Virus record (IMG/VR): IMGVR_UViG_3300022752_000013
Reading direction: 5' to 3' (one strand)
Length of the DNA: 64,000 nt
Origin: a virus
Lineage: Duplodnaviria > Caudoviricetes
A program made the translations under genes and the position numbers. A model generated the notes under the pieces. It was not told the DNA's origin. It saw only the letters and a list, made by a program, of their open reading frames with translations, and searched no databases. Below, piece after piece: positions 18,270 through 26,511 of this stretch (the first letter of the stretch is position 1; every line of letters starts with the position of its first letter).

Positions 18270-18515
18270 ATGGACATGGATCAATCGGCAGTATTTTTGG
18301 CCGGAAGTATTTTAACAGCACTAGGATTTGTTGTGTTTGTTATTGCTATTGTCATAGTCAACAACATCATACATCGTTGGTGGAAGCCATTGGGTTGGAC
18401 ATTTGGATGGATAGCCGCACCCACAAGATTTGCCACACCGGAAGAACTGGAACAACCTCCAAAAATAGAACCTGTAATCGATAAAAAAGATGAACCGAAA
18501 GCAAAAACTAATTGA
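18270..18515 (+). CDS. Membrane protein
   Basis: N-terminal TM; AAGGA RBS. Confidence 0.7.
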   Translation: MDMDQSAVFLAGSILTALGFVVFVIAIVIVNNIIHRWWKPLGWTFGWIAAPTRFATPEELEQPPKIEPVIDKKDEPKAKTN

Positions 18516-18702
18516 GCAGGCAGGCTTTAGTAAGACCTTTGAAGCAGATCGACTGAATCACTTGATTGATCTTACTGTAAACCAATGCATTGTTGCTATC
18601 ACCAACTCTTCACGAGATCACTGTCCCACAACCTATGATCAGGACCAATGGGCCAGCACCATCGAACGGTGCGTTCAAAGTGTAAAACAACAGTTTCGGT
18701 AA
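18490..18702 (+). CDS. Hypothetical protein
   Basis: LIEQAGF motif similar to 15240 ORF. Confidence 0.6.
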   Translation: MNRKQKLIEQAGFSKTFEADRLNHLIDLTVNQCIVAITNSSRDHCPTTYDQDQWASTIERCVQSVKQQFR

Positions 18703-18704
18703 GA

Positions 18705-18733
18705 TTGACAACTTAATCCTGTGGTGTTATACT
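18705..18733 (+). promoter_or_regulatory. sigma70 promoter
   Basis: TTGACA-17-TATACT. Confidence 0.75.
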
Positions 18734-18752
18734 ATGATCAAAGGAGCAGGTT

Positions 18753-19088
18753 ATGGGCACAAGTACTTTTGTGGTGGTATGGGACAATACTGGTTTGGAA
18801 TATGTGGGCAACGTCACTGAGGACGAGCAACGCCGTGTGTGGGGTGAACTCAACGGCAAGCCTGTGTCGAGCCAACTGCCCAACGTAAACCATCTTGTGC
18901 TCAGGGCTAGATACAACAGCCAACGTCATTATGAAATCTATTTGATAGCGGCCACAGATGGAATAACTACAAATGACATACGTAATATGTTTGAGGCTTC
19001 TCCCCAAACAGCCGCGGACACCATACGTAGACTTGGTCACTGTTACTACAGTGGCCGAGCAGATACAAGTAAAATACTAATTACATAA
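18753..19088 (+). CDS. Hypothetical protein
   Basis: AAAGGAG RBS; 111 aa. Confidence 0.75.
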   Translation: MGTSTFVVVWDNTGLEYVGNVTEDEQRRVWGELNGKPVSSQLPNVNHLVLRARYNSQRHYEIYLIAATDGITTNDIRNMFEASPQTAADTIRRLGHCYYSGRADTSKILIT

Positions 19089-19094
19089 ATCAAA

Positions 19095-19739
19095 ATGGCA
19101 ACTCTACAACAAGTTTGTGATTATAATCGGGCTCAGGTAAATTGGATCAAACTGTATTCAATGATCGATACTCTCGGCACAACCATGAACGGAAAAAAAG
19201 ATCGGTTTGACAAAAGCGATCTCATTGAGATGGGCATGGACATCTATAGTAATGGAGGAATCAAACTTGTAAATCTTGATGGTGTGGACCACGAACTGGT
19301 AAACTTGCCAAGCGCAAAAGGCCTACCAACCACACAGGAAATGAAGTTTGATAGCAAACTTTTTTACAAAATGATTAGTGTCCAACGTGCCAATCGACGT
19401 CGAGGAATCGAAGGCCGGAAAGAATTGCAACGATCAAATGATCCTGTCACGCTAAAATTGGTCAACACACAGGGAGAGAACAATTACACTGAGTTGCCAG
19501 ATACATACGCAGAATTTTTACTAGCGGCAGACAACCATAGTGCTCATGTGATCGAGGTTGCCACATTGAAGCCGTATTTGAAATTTCCTAATGATGGAAT
19601 CACAGCAGTCAACGTTCCATCAAACTTGTTTATGCAGGTGGTTGGCCCAGACGATATCACTGCCAGGCAGCCCCTGGCAAATTTCAACTACAAACAAGAG
19701 AAGTTGGCATTTCAAAGAAACTTTTTAAACAAGTTCTAA
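19095..19739 (+). CDS. PD-(D/E)XK restriction-endonuclease-like protein
   Basis: DLIEMG...DGVDH...TQEMK arrangement of acidic residues and Lys. Confidence 0.5.
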   Translation: MATLQQVCDYNRAQVNWIKLYSMIDTLGTTMNGKKDRFDKSDLIEMGMDIYSNGGIKLVNLDGVDHELVNLPSAKGLPTTQEMKFDSKLFYKMISVQRANRRRGIEGRKELQRSNDPVTLKLVNTQGENNYTELPDTYAEFLLAADNHSAHVIEVATLKPYLKFPNDGITAVNVPSNLFMQVVGPDDITARQPLANFNYKQEKLAFQRNFLNKF

Positions 19740-19740
19740 A

Positions 19741-19788
19741 GTAGTACTTTAGTATTAGATTGACAACGACCGAGTTTTGCTATATAAT
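19741..19788 (+). promoter_or_regulatory. Palindrome + sigma70 promoter
   Basis: TAGTACT-TT-AGTATTA 2 nt before TTGACA(19760)-17-TATAAT(19783). Confidence 0.8.
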
Positions 19789-19794
19789 AGAAAC

Positions 19795-19847
19795 TGTTGG
19801 GTAGGCATAGTGCCTACTAACACTTAACCAATCCTGTATTGTACAGG
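19795..19847 (+). promoter_or_regulatory. Structured 5' leader with two hairpins
   Basis: TGTTGGGTAGGCA-TAG-TGCCTACTAACA and CCTGTA-TTG-TACAGG. Confidence 0.6.
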
Positions 19848-19863
19848 TAAAGAAGGAAAAATT

Positions 19864-20916
19864 ATGGCACAGAAACGCCTCACACGTAAACTTACGGATG
19901 TGATTGCTGAAGTTGAAACTCAACTACGAGCACACTACGGTGTAACCCAAAAAGATCTCGATGCATGGCGAGTCCGTGCAAAGGCTTTATCACACCGATT
20001 TCCCACTAGTTCAATGATTGCTATTGAAGACCTTTGGATTGATTATGAAGTCCAACGTGATGTCTTGCACAAGCACATTATTAATATCATTCGGAAATGG
20101 GATCCACGCATTTGTAGTCCTGGTTCTGCTTGCCGCTTTGGCGGAAAACCTCCGATCTATTTGTATGATGCACAACACCGTACCATTGCGGCCGGACTGC
20201 TAGGCTATACTGAAATTCCGTGTGCTGTAGTAGAAACAGATGAACTTAATTTTGCAAGTTATGCATTTGAACTGCTCAATGACACAGGCGTCAAACGATT
20301 AACTCCGGGGGATTTGCATCGCAATGCCTTGGTGCGTTTTAAAAATGGCAGCGGTGATAAGAAAGTTGTGGATGCCCGCACCATGCAGGATCAATTTGAT
20401 ACCGCAGGTATTGACTTGCAAGACAAAGGATCACGTGCGTCAGACAACTTGCGTGGTGACAATGATTACTTCTTTAGTCACTTTAAGTATGCACAAAAAG
20501 GCATTGAGATTGATGACAGTGGCAAAATACTTTTAGAAATTTTAACTGCAATCAAAGACACGTTTCCACTGCAAGAAGAAATTGATCAAGGTTGCTACAT
20601 TGGATTATACGAACTGCATCGTATCTCGAGCAATAGTGCCAACAGCAAACTACCAACAGGATGGATGAAGGCAGTACTTGAAGCAATCAAGCCCACGTTC
20701 AAGAGTTCCTCATTGATACATACCAAGGCTAAAATACAATGGGATTATGTAAACCCTGGTGCTACTTGGTCAGCCCCTAGTGCTATGTCTAACTTTTTAC
20801 GTGAGTTATACATCCGTAATAGTGGCAAGATTAATTTACCATACCACGGTGAAGGTGCCAAGATGGGTATCGAAGAAGGCAACATTGCCCCAGGCTTGTT
20901 TCCTGAAGGAGCATAA
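19864..20916 (+). CDS. ParB/Srx-fold DGQHR (DUF262/DndB-like) protein
   Basis: Three motifs in order: VQRD, YDAQHR, FELLNDTG. Confidence 0.7.
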   Translation: MAQKRLTRKLTDVIAEVETQLRAHYGVTQKDLDAWRVRAKALSHRFPTSSMIAIEDLWIDYEVQRDVLHKHIINIIRKWDPRICSPGSACRFGGKPPIYLYDAQHRTIAAGLLGYTEIPCAVVETDELNFASYAFELLNDTGVKRLTPGDLHRNALVRFKNGSGDKKVVDARTMQDQFDTAGIDLQDKGSRASDNLRGDNDYFFSHFKYAQKGIEIDDSGKILLEILTAIKDTFPLQEEIDQGCYIGLYELHRISSNSANSKLPTGWMKAVLEAIKPTFKSSSLIHTKAKIQWDYVNPGATWSAPSAMSNFLRELYIRNSGKINLPYHGEGAKMGIEEGNIAPGLFPEGA

Positions 20917-20917
20917 A

Positions 20918-21382
20918 ATGAATTTCATGATTGAAAATTTATTGGGTAAGCAAGCAGATAAAAAGGTTACCTTTGCTCAGGCATTTAAAACTTTGCTAGA
21001 TATGGACTTGATCAACATTGGCGAAGTAGGCGAGCAGACTATTAGTAATGCCAGTGGTGTTGAAAGATGTCCTCGCAATACCGCTAAAATTGATTTAGTA
21101 TCAGGTGTGCAAATTAAAACCGCACAAACCCATCCTGACAAAGAAAAATTGCAGGCGTATTTTGCACCAGGTAACACCAACGCCCCAATATTGTTAATGG
21201 TAATAGAAAGATTAACTGGAAAAGAGTACTTTTTCTTTTTTCAATATAAAGATTACAAAAATACAATCGGTTCTAGTGTTTGTCTACCGTTTTTCTTGGA
21301 TGGAACCCCACGTCGATCTAACAGTTGGTGGGATTACGAAATTACATTCGATGAACTTTGTAAGTTAGCAAAAAATGATTAA
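20918..21382 (+). CDS. Putative PD-(D/E)XK nuclease
   Basis: AAGGAG RBS; GEVGE...IDLVSGVQIKT (E...D...QxK). Confidence 0.45.
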   Translation: MNFMIENLLGKQADKKVTFAQAFKTLLDMDLINIGEVGEQTISNASGVERCPRNTAKIDLVSGVQIKTAQTHPDKEKLQAYFAPGNTNAPILLMVIERLTGKEYFFFFQYKDYKNTIGSSVCLPFFLDGTPRRSNSWWDYEITFDELCKLAKND

Positions 21383-21938
21383 TCTTAAAGAATCCTTAGA
21401 CCAATTCACAGCACCGGTGTACGGCAAAACCAAACGCACCGCTGACACTTATCAGACGGTAGCCGACTATTGTCGCCGCAACTTGGTTCGCTTGGTTGCT
21501 GACTATCATGCCGTTCAAAACGATCAACAACTGCTGAGAGAGATCCGCAACGACATTGACACATATCTACGCAGGTATCACGAGTACTGTATCCAACAAC
21601 GTGATGGTATGAAAGCACACTACCACGAAATTGGAGCGGATGAAGAATGTGATTTTGAGCATTTGATTCCAGCGGCTCGTATTCGTGACTTGCTTTTGGC
21701 CAGTGCCATTTCTGTAGAGCAGGCTCTCAATGCACCAACTGTGAGGTTGAGTCGTTCCAAACACATGGCTCTTAAGGAAGCAGGTTGGGCCAGTACCACT
21801 CCAGACATGTGGCAACCGTTTAGGCGTTACACTCAAGTGTTTGACGCTAAGTACGAAACACATGATGGAACACCAATTGACCCCGAAACTTGGACCTTGC
21901 AACAGCACTTTGACTATTTCAAGCATCTTGTGCTTTAA
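21375..21938 (+). CDS. His-Me/HNH-like protein with DUF1524-type EHxxP motif
   Basis: CDFEHLIPA...PTVRLSRSKH; PFRRY. Confidence 0.5.
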   Translation: MINLKESLDQFTAPVYGKTKRTADTYQTVADYCRRNLVRLVADYHAVQNDQQLLREIRNDIDTYLRRYHEYCIQQRDGMKAHYHEIGADEECDFEHLIPAARIRDLLLASAISVEQALNAPTVRLSRSKHMALKEAGWASTTPDMWQPFRRYTQVFDAKYETHDGTPIDPETWTLQQHFDYFKHLVL

Positions 21939-22023
21939 AAAAGTAATACTCAAGTACTACTTTTTGCCCGGTTGACCAATATCTACCAAAATGCTATAAT
22001 ACGGCATGTTCAGCAAAAAGGAG
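21937..22023 (+). promoter_or_regulatory. Palindrome + sigma70 promoter + conserved leader cassette
   Basis: AAAAAGTAATACT-CA-AGTACTACTTTTT; TTGACC(21972)-17-TATAAT(21995); CATGTTCAGCAAAAAGGAG. Confidence 0.88.
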
Positions 22024-22029
22024 CCCACA

Positions 22030-22260
22030 ATGGGATACAAGGTAATTGCAGACCGTTTCGAAACAGACATGATGCGTCAAAAATATGGCCCCCGCAAAGG
22101 GCTTGAAGGGCCATTCATGTATGCGTCAGGTCGTGTGTTATACTACGATCCCAAAGAGGGCCGGTACTGGGATCCCCGTACTGACTTTTATGTTTCGAAC
22201 GAAGAGATGGATGCTGAACACGGCATTCTTGTGCAACGTCTTGTAGACTTTCAGAGGTAA
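22030..22260 (+). CDS. Conserved phage hypothetical protein
   Basis: KGLEGPF...GRVLYYDPKEGRYWDP; AAGGAG RBS. Confidence 0.75.
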   Translation: MGYKVIADRFETDMMRQKYGPRKGLEGPFMYASGRVLYYDPKEGRYWDPRTDFYVSNEEMDAEHGILVQRLVDFQR

Positions 22261-22265
22261 TACTT

Positions 22266-22691
22266 TTGCTTTACTTTGCTTATGGCATGAATACCAATCG
22301 TAGAGGTATGGCCCAGCGATGCCCTGGTGCATTGAGTCTGGGTCACGCTCGCCTGATCGATTACTCGTTTAGATTTGCCATCCACGCTGACGTGGTCAAA
22401 TGCAAAGGCTCCTATGTGGATGGGGTGCTGTGGACCATTGATGATTTTCACTTGAACAGCCTGGATCGCCTGGAAGGTTATCCTCTCTACTACAATCGCC
22501 GTGCCCTGCGTGTGGCACACGAAGATCGTGTTGTGATGGCCGAAACTTACTACATGCAACCCGGCAACTTGGATAACCTTCCAGGGCAGGGATATTTTGA
22601 CATGGTGGTCGAAGGCTACAAGGAGCACAACGTGCCCACAGAACAACTGTTTAATAATGTATACGAAAGTACTACATTTGTAAAAGGTTGA
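22266..22691 (+). CDS. Gamma-glutamylcyclotransferase (AIG2-like)
   Basis: LYFAYGMN, QRCPGA, LDRLEGYP..Y. Confidence 0.88.
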   Translation: MLYFAYGMNTNRRGMAQRCPGALSLGHARLIDYSFRFAIHADVVKCKGSYVDGVLWTIDDFHLNSLDRLEGYPLYYNRRALRVAHEDRVVMAETYYMQPGNLDNLPGQGYFDMVVEGYKEHNVPTEQLFNNVYESTTFVKG

Positions 22692-22741
22692 CCAATAATC
22701 ACCAAAATGCTATAATACGGACATGTTCAGCAAAAAGGGAG
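22659..22741 (+). promoter_or_regulatory. Near-duplicate of the 21937 cassette (degenerate left arm)
   Basis: AGTACTAC; TTGACC(22688)-17-TATAAT(22711); CATGTTCAGCAAAAAGGGA. Confidence 0.85.
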
Positions 22742-22742
22742 T

Positions 22743-23060
22743 TTGAAAATGGAAAAACTTACATCAATTCAGCAAATTAATTCTTCTATCATGTTTGGTA
22801 CCTGGACTGATGTAGAACTTCGTAGCATGGCTGACGCCATCCGTTTTGCACAGGCCAGTCTTCGCAAGCAGGTCAAGCGCCAATTGGATGTAGGCGTTCA
22901 AGTTCGTTGGATCAGTTCCAAAAACCCTTCTGGTGCCACAGGCACAGTAAAAAAGATTGCTATTAAATATGTCACAGTTCGTAGTGACAGAGACGGTGGC
23001 TTGTGGAAGATCCCGGCCAACATGCTGGAGATCGTTGAAGGTCAGATGGTGACAGCATGA
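22743..23060 (+). CDS. Hypothetical protein with C-terminal SH3/KOW-like barrel
   Basis: VGVQVRW...GTVKKIAIKYVTV...WKIPANML. Confidence 0.7.
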   Translation: MKMEKLTSIQQINSSIMFGTWTDVELRSMADAIRFAQASLRKQVKRQLDVGVQVRWISSKNPSGATGTVKKIAIKYVTVRSDRDGGLWKIPANMLEIVEGQMVTA

Positions 23061-23111
23061 ACGTAGCAATGGCCATAATCTTATTAATCGAATCACTCAG
23101 GAATATCTAAT

Positions 23112-23891
23112 ATGCCAGGATTTGTAGATGTATCAAATATGACAGCCCGTGAAGTTCGTATGATGGACCATGCGGCTGATGCTGACGAAACCGATCAGCC
23201 ACGCCGTCAATGGAAATCTCGTGCCAAGCCCGAGGGCATCAAGCACTCAGTGGACAATGTTTGGGGTGCGGCAGTGGCGGCACAACGTATCAATGGCTCT
23301 TATATTAAAGAGACTGTGTACAAGGTTGATCCAGAAATGTCCAGCAATACCGTGGTAGACAAACGTCGCAACCGCGACATCATGGTGGACATTTTGGCCA
23401 ACCCTGCTCAACTCACTGTGGAAGATATTTCACAGGGTCAGGAGTGCCGCAAGTTCTTGCAAAACGACATTACCTTCCGTGCTCTTAAAAACAAACTCAC
23501 AGAGTTTGACGGTGCTGTCAGCAAGGTCTTGGCAGTTGAAGATGAGTTTGATACTGTAAAACACAAGTTGGAATTGGCTGTGGTTGCATGTCTCCCACAA
23601 AGTCATACCCGCAGTTTGGAGCGCCAGGCTGTGCAGGAACGTGTGCGCCAAACATCAGGCGCCTTGATCGGCACCCCTGGTGACAAAGTGCAACTGGACG
23701 TGGAGATCATCAAATCAAACTACAGTCAGCAATGGAACACCTGGTACGCCACTGGCGTTACCCAAGACAACTCTGCTGTGTTTTTTGCATACCGCCAAGA
23801 ACTGGCGAAGGATGCAAAACACACTATCCAAGGAACCGTCAAGGCTCACAGAGACGGCTCCACTCAACTCAATCGCGTGAGCATTATCTAA
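23112..23891 (+). CDS. Hypothetical protein with C-terminal OB-fold
   Basis: IGTPGDKVQLDVEI...TIQGTVKAH...TQLNRV. Confidence 0.7.
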   Translation: MPGFVDVSNMTAREVRMMDHAADADETDQPRRQWKSRAKPEGIKHSVDNVWGAAVAAQRINGSYIKETVYKVDPEMSSNTVVDKRRNRDIMVDILANPAQLTVEDISQGQECRKFLQNDITFRALKNKLTEFDGAVSKVLAVEDEFDTVKHKLELAVVACLPQSHTRSLERQAVQERVRQTSGALIGTPGDKVQLDVEIIKSNYSQQWNTWYATGVTQDNSAVFFAYRQELAKDAKHTIQGTVKAHRDGSTQLNRVSII

Positions 23892-23900
23892 GGACACATC

Positions 23901-24029
23901 ATGAGCAAACTCATAATTGGATTCATTCTAGGCTTGGTGGTCAGTGCTGTGGGATTTTCGGGCATTGCTCGAATGTTTGACAAAGGCGTACAGACCATCC
24001 AAACTCAGAGCAAGGAACTGGCACAATGA
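23901..24029 (+). CDS. 42-aa membrane microprotein
   Basis: MSKLIIGFILGLVVSAVGFSG; AAGGA RBS; ATGA overlap; not in ORF track. Confidence 0.65.
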   Translation: MSKLIIGFILGLVVSAVGFSGIARMFDKGVQTIQTQSKELAQ

Positions 24030-24220
24030 CCAAAACAAAAACATCAGACCGTTTCGATCTGGAACAACAAATTTTAGACTGCTGGAAAATCACAGACGAT
24101 CTACGATTGGTCGCTGAGAAGGGCGAACACGCCGTTGAAGCAGTGGCCACTTTATACGAACTCAAATTTGAACAACTGTGGAGCACATTTGAAAGCATGA
24201 TTCACGAAAGAAAAATGTGA
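24026..24220 (+). CDS. Conserved phage hypothetical protein
   Basis: DRFDLEQQILDCWKITDDL. Confidence 0.75.
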   Translation: MTKTKTSDRFDLEQQILDCWKITDDLRLVAEKGEHAVEAVATLYELKFEQLWSTFESMIHERKM

Positions 24221-24399
24221 GTGACGTACAAAAACGCATGGCCGAACTCATGGTACCGGTTGATCGTCAGATCATGATGTGTGATGATGGCAATGAGTTA
24301 CTAATGATGGCCTGTGCCATGTTACAACGTACCAAAGAATTATTTGACCAAACTTTGGGCGAACAAGGTCGGAAAGAAATGTTTAAGGACTTAATATGA
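24217..24399 (+). CDS. Hypothetical protein
   Basis: GTGA overlap; LLMMACAML. Confidence 0.65.
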   Translation: MSDVQKRMAELMVPVDRQIMMCDDGNELLMMACAMLQRTKELFDQTLGEQGRKEMFKDLI

Positions 24400-24590
24400 A
24401 ATTTTATGCATGGTTTGTAAAACACCAAGATGTGATATCTGGCTTTGTGTCAGGTATTGCGTTGATGACTGCCGCCGATTACTTTTCTCGAGGTGATATG
24501 GCGTATGGTTGTTTGAGCCTGTTTGTTTCGGTAGCAAACTTATTGCTATCGGGTAAAAAAATCGGACAAAACCTTGAGCCAAAAGAATAA
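24396..24590 (+). CDS. Two-TM small membrane protein
   Basis: Two hydrophobic segments; AAGGA RBS. Confidence 0.65.
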   Translation: MKFYAWFVKHQDVISGFVSGIALMTAADYFSRGDMAYGCLSLFVSVANLLLSGKKIGQNLEPKE

Positions 24591-24628
24591 TTTTGGCAAA
24601 ACTACCCAATCTTTTGTGGCAGAATTGG

Positions 24629-24657
24629 TTGACCAAAATCAACCATTCTGTTACAAT
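24629..24657 (+). promoter_or_regulatory. sigma70 promoter overlapped by GGTTGA-N6-TCAACC inverted repeat
   Basis: TTGACC-17-TACAAT. Confidence 0.7.
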
Positions 24658-24717
24658 TAGATATGTTGTTAACAGCAACATTTTTTAAACTTAAAAGCAC
24701 TTTGAAAGGCATTTATT

Positions 24718-25053
24718 ATGGCATCGGAAAAACTCTTTACAGTGGCGGGCACTGCAACAAACCCGGATGGTACTACCAAGGCTCGTTTTGCAAATGACTT
24801 GGTTGCTCGTGTGAAAATCTTGAGCAAGAACAACTGTACCAACATCAACTTGGTTGAGTTGCCCAAGGCAATGAGCAAGTTGGAAGCCTTGCAGTATTTG
24901 CAAGAGCAAGGTATCACCGCAGGTGATGCTGGCTTTGCGGTCGCTAACAAGTTGGCCGAGAAAAGCAAGATCGCCAAGAAGGGCGAGATCATGGTCAAGG
25001 CTACAAAGGCCACAGTCTCTACCAAATCGGTAGACGCAAAAGTCTCTGCCTAA
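24718..25053 (+). CDS. Conserved phage protein with Lys-rich tail
   Basis: FTVAGT...KARFAND...INLVELPKAMSK. Confidence 0.8.
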   Translation: MASEKLFTVAGTATNPDGTTKARFANDLVARVKILSKNNCTNINLVELPKAMSKLEALQYLQEQGITAGDAGFAVANKLAEKSKIAKKGEIMVKATKATVSTKSVDAKVSA

Positions 25054-25072
25054 GCGGATGACTTCCCAAAGC

Positions 25073-25099
25073 AACGGCCCTAAGTGGCCGTTTCTTTTT
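25073..25099 (+). terminator. Intrinsic terminator
   Basis: AACGGCC-CTAAGT-GGCCGTT-TCTTTTT. Confidence 0.8.
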
Positions 25100-25158
25100 G
25101 AACAAAAAGATTGAATTGGTGTAAATAATATCGGGTCCACTAACTGCGACCCAACTCG

Positions 25159-25404
25159 ATGGCAAAATATAACAAGACCGAGAGCGAGGCTCTCTACATC
25201 GTGGTACTCCACGAATCACAAGGCGAACAAAGACTCAAGGACTGGCAAAAACGAAATCCCACTGCCTCAGCATCCATTGCTGGTGGACGTATGAGATTGT
25301 TTGACCAACGTAGCCTCAGCCTGTTCCAGGTCAGTTGGCGTGGCAACTGGGATCAAATAACCATCTGGGATACCTGGCAACGTCGCCATATTTTCATAGA
25401 ATAA
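25159..25404 (+). CDS. Hypothetical protein, distant FxLxW-like motif
   Basis: MRLFDQRSLSLFQVSW; TAAATA upstream. Confidence 0.65.
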   Translation: MAKYNKTESEALYIVVLHESQGEQRLKDWQKRNPTASASIAGGRMRLFDQRSLSLFQVSWRGNWDQITIWDTWQRRHIFIE

Positions 25405-25406
25405 TC

Positions 25407-25435
25407 TTGACAGACCGTGTGCAGGCGTATATAAT
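25407..25435 (+). promoter_or_regulatory. sigma70 promoter, leaderless transcript
   Basis: TTGACA-17-TATAAT, ATG 6 nt downstream. Confidence 0.8.
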
Positions 25436-25441
25436 AGCACT

Positions 25442-25672
25442 ATGTCTACTACACCAATTGTTGTTACTTGGCACCAGGCCCTTGTGTCCGCAGGCAGTGC
25501 CGATTCAGACTCAGTTTGGCAACAGGATCAACTGTTGGCGGAATGGATAGGCAATCGCTCAGTTCGAGTGGTTGCACTGGGCAATCGATCATACGAATCA
25601 ATTGCCAACTTAGAAGATCTACCTCAAGTAGATATTGTCATAATCAAGGAGAAATCAAATGACCAATCATGA
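25442..25672 (+). CDS. Hypothetical protein
   Basis: ORF directly after promoter. Confidence 0.6.
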   Translation: MSTTPIVVTWHQALVSAGSADSDSVWQQDQLLAEWIGNRSVRVVALGNRSYESIANLEDLPQVDIVIIKEKSNDQS

Positions 25673-25844
25673 ACAAATCGTAGCCGCTTACGAAAACTAC
25701 ATTGCCGAAAACGAAAAATTCACTACCAAAGGTGTCAAGGCCGCTGCCGCTCGTGCTCGCAAGGCCCTGCAAGAAATGACCAAGGGTATCAAAGAGCGCC
25801 GCAAAGAAATCACTGCTGAAAAAGAAGCCCTGGCAGCCAAGTAA
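25659..25844 (+). CDS. Histone H1-like Hc1-family protein
   Basis: KGVKAAAARARKALQEM..IKERRKEI; AAGGAG RBS. Confidence 0.75.
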   Translation: MTNHEQIVAAYENYIAENEKFTTKGVKAAAARARKALQEMTKGIKERRKEITAEKEALAAK

Positions 25845-26035
25845 TGCCAATGGTTCAAGTGGTTGAAGACCCAGACAATCCTGGAGAACTACTCCTGGAC
25901 CTTGGTACAGAAGTGTGTGCCCAACTTGGTTGGCAAGTGGGCGACACAATTGAATGGAAAGACAACAAGGACGGCACATGGCTAATGACCAAATCAGCCT
26001 CGACGAATACCTCGCCCAACTCAACTCAAGAGTAG
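25844..26035 (+). CDS. AbrB/MazE/SpoVT-like DNA-binding protein
   Basis: ELLLDLGTEVCAQLGWQVGDTIEW swapped-hairpin pattern. Confidence 0.65.
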   Translation: MPMVQVVEDPDNPGELLLDLGTEVCAQLGWQVGDTIEWKDNKDGTWLMTKSASTNTSPNSTQE

Positions 26036-26511
26036 AAGTAGAAGACTACAAAGCACTAGACTGGAAGTGGGAAGCAAATCCTATCGAGCAGTTAACAATT
26101 AATGGCATTGACCCTCTCACAACCTACAGTAGTGGTACAAGTCACCCTTCATACGGTGCTATACCCAATGTGTCCATTGGTGGTGGTAGTAATATCAGCC
26201 CAACTGTTTGGACTACAACTACTAACAATACTGGCGGATATACTTTTGCCAATCAAAACATTCAGCCCAACAACACAGTTCACATCAAAGGTGAAAACGC
26301 TGATCTCTTGATCAATGAAAAGAGTCTCAAGACCTGGATGGAGAAGGTTGAAGAACGATTGAACATACTCGCTCCCAATCCTGAAATGGAAAAGGAGTGG
26401 GACCAATTGCGTAAGTTAGGTGAGAGATATCGTAAGTTAGAGAAAAAATGCAAGGAAAAATCAGATATGTGGAACAAACTAAAGGCCATGCCTAAACCGG
26501 AGATCAAATGA
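25978..26511 (+). CDS. Hypothetical protein
   Basis: Low-complexity N-half; C-terminal LNILAPNPEMEKEWDQLRKL coiled coil. Confidence 0.75.
   Translation: MANDQISLDEYLAQLNSRVEVEDYKALDWKWEANPIEQLTINGIDPLTTYSSGTSHPSYGAIPNVSIGGGSNISPTVWTTTTNNTGGYTFANQNIQPNNTVHIKGENADLLINEKSLKTWMEKVEERLNILAPNPEMEKEWDQLRKLGERYRKLEKKCKEKSDMWNKLKAMPKPEIK

Noticed and set aside
22257-22275. Seventh copy of the palindromic operator (GTAATACT-TT-TGCTTTAC)
   Set aside because: Only the left arm matches and no -35/-10 follows
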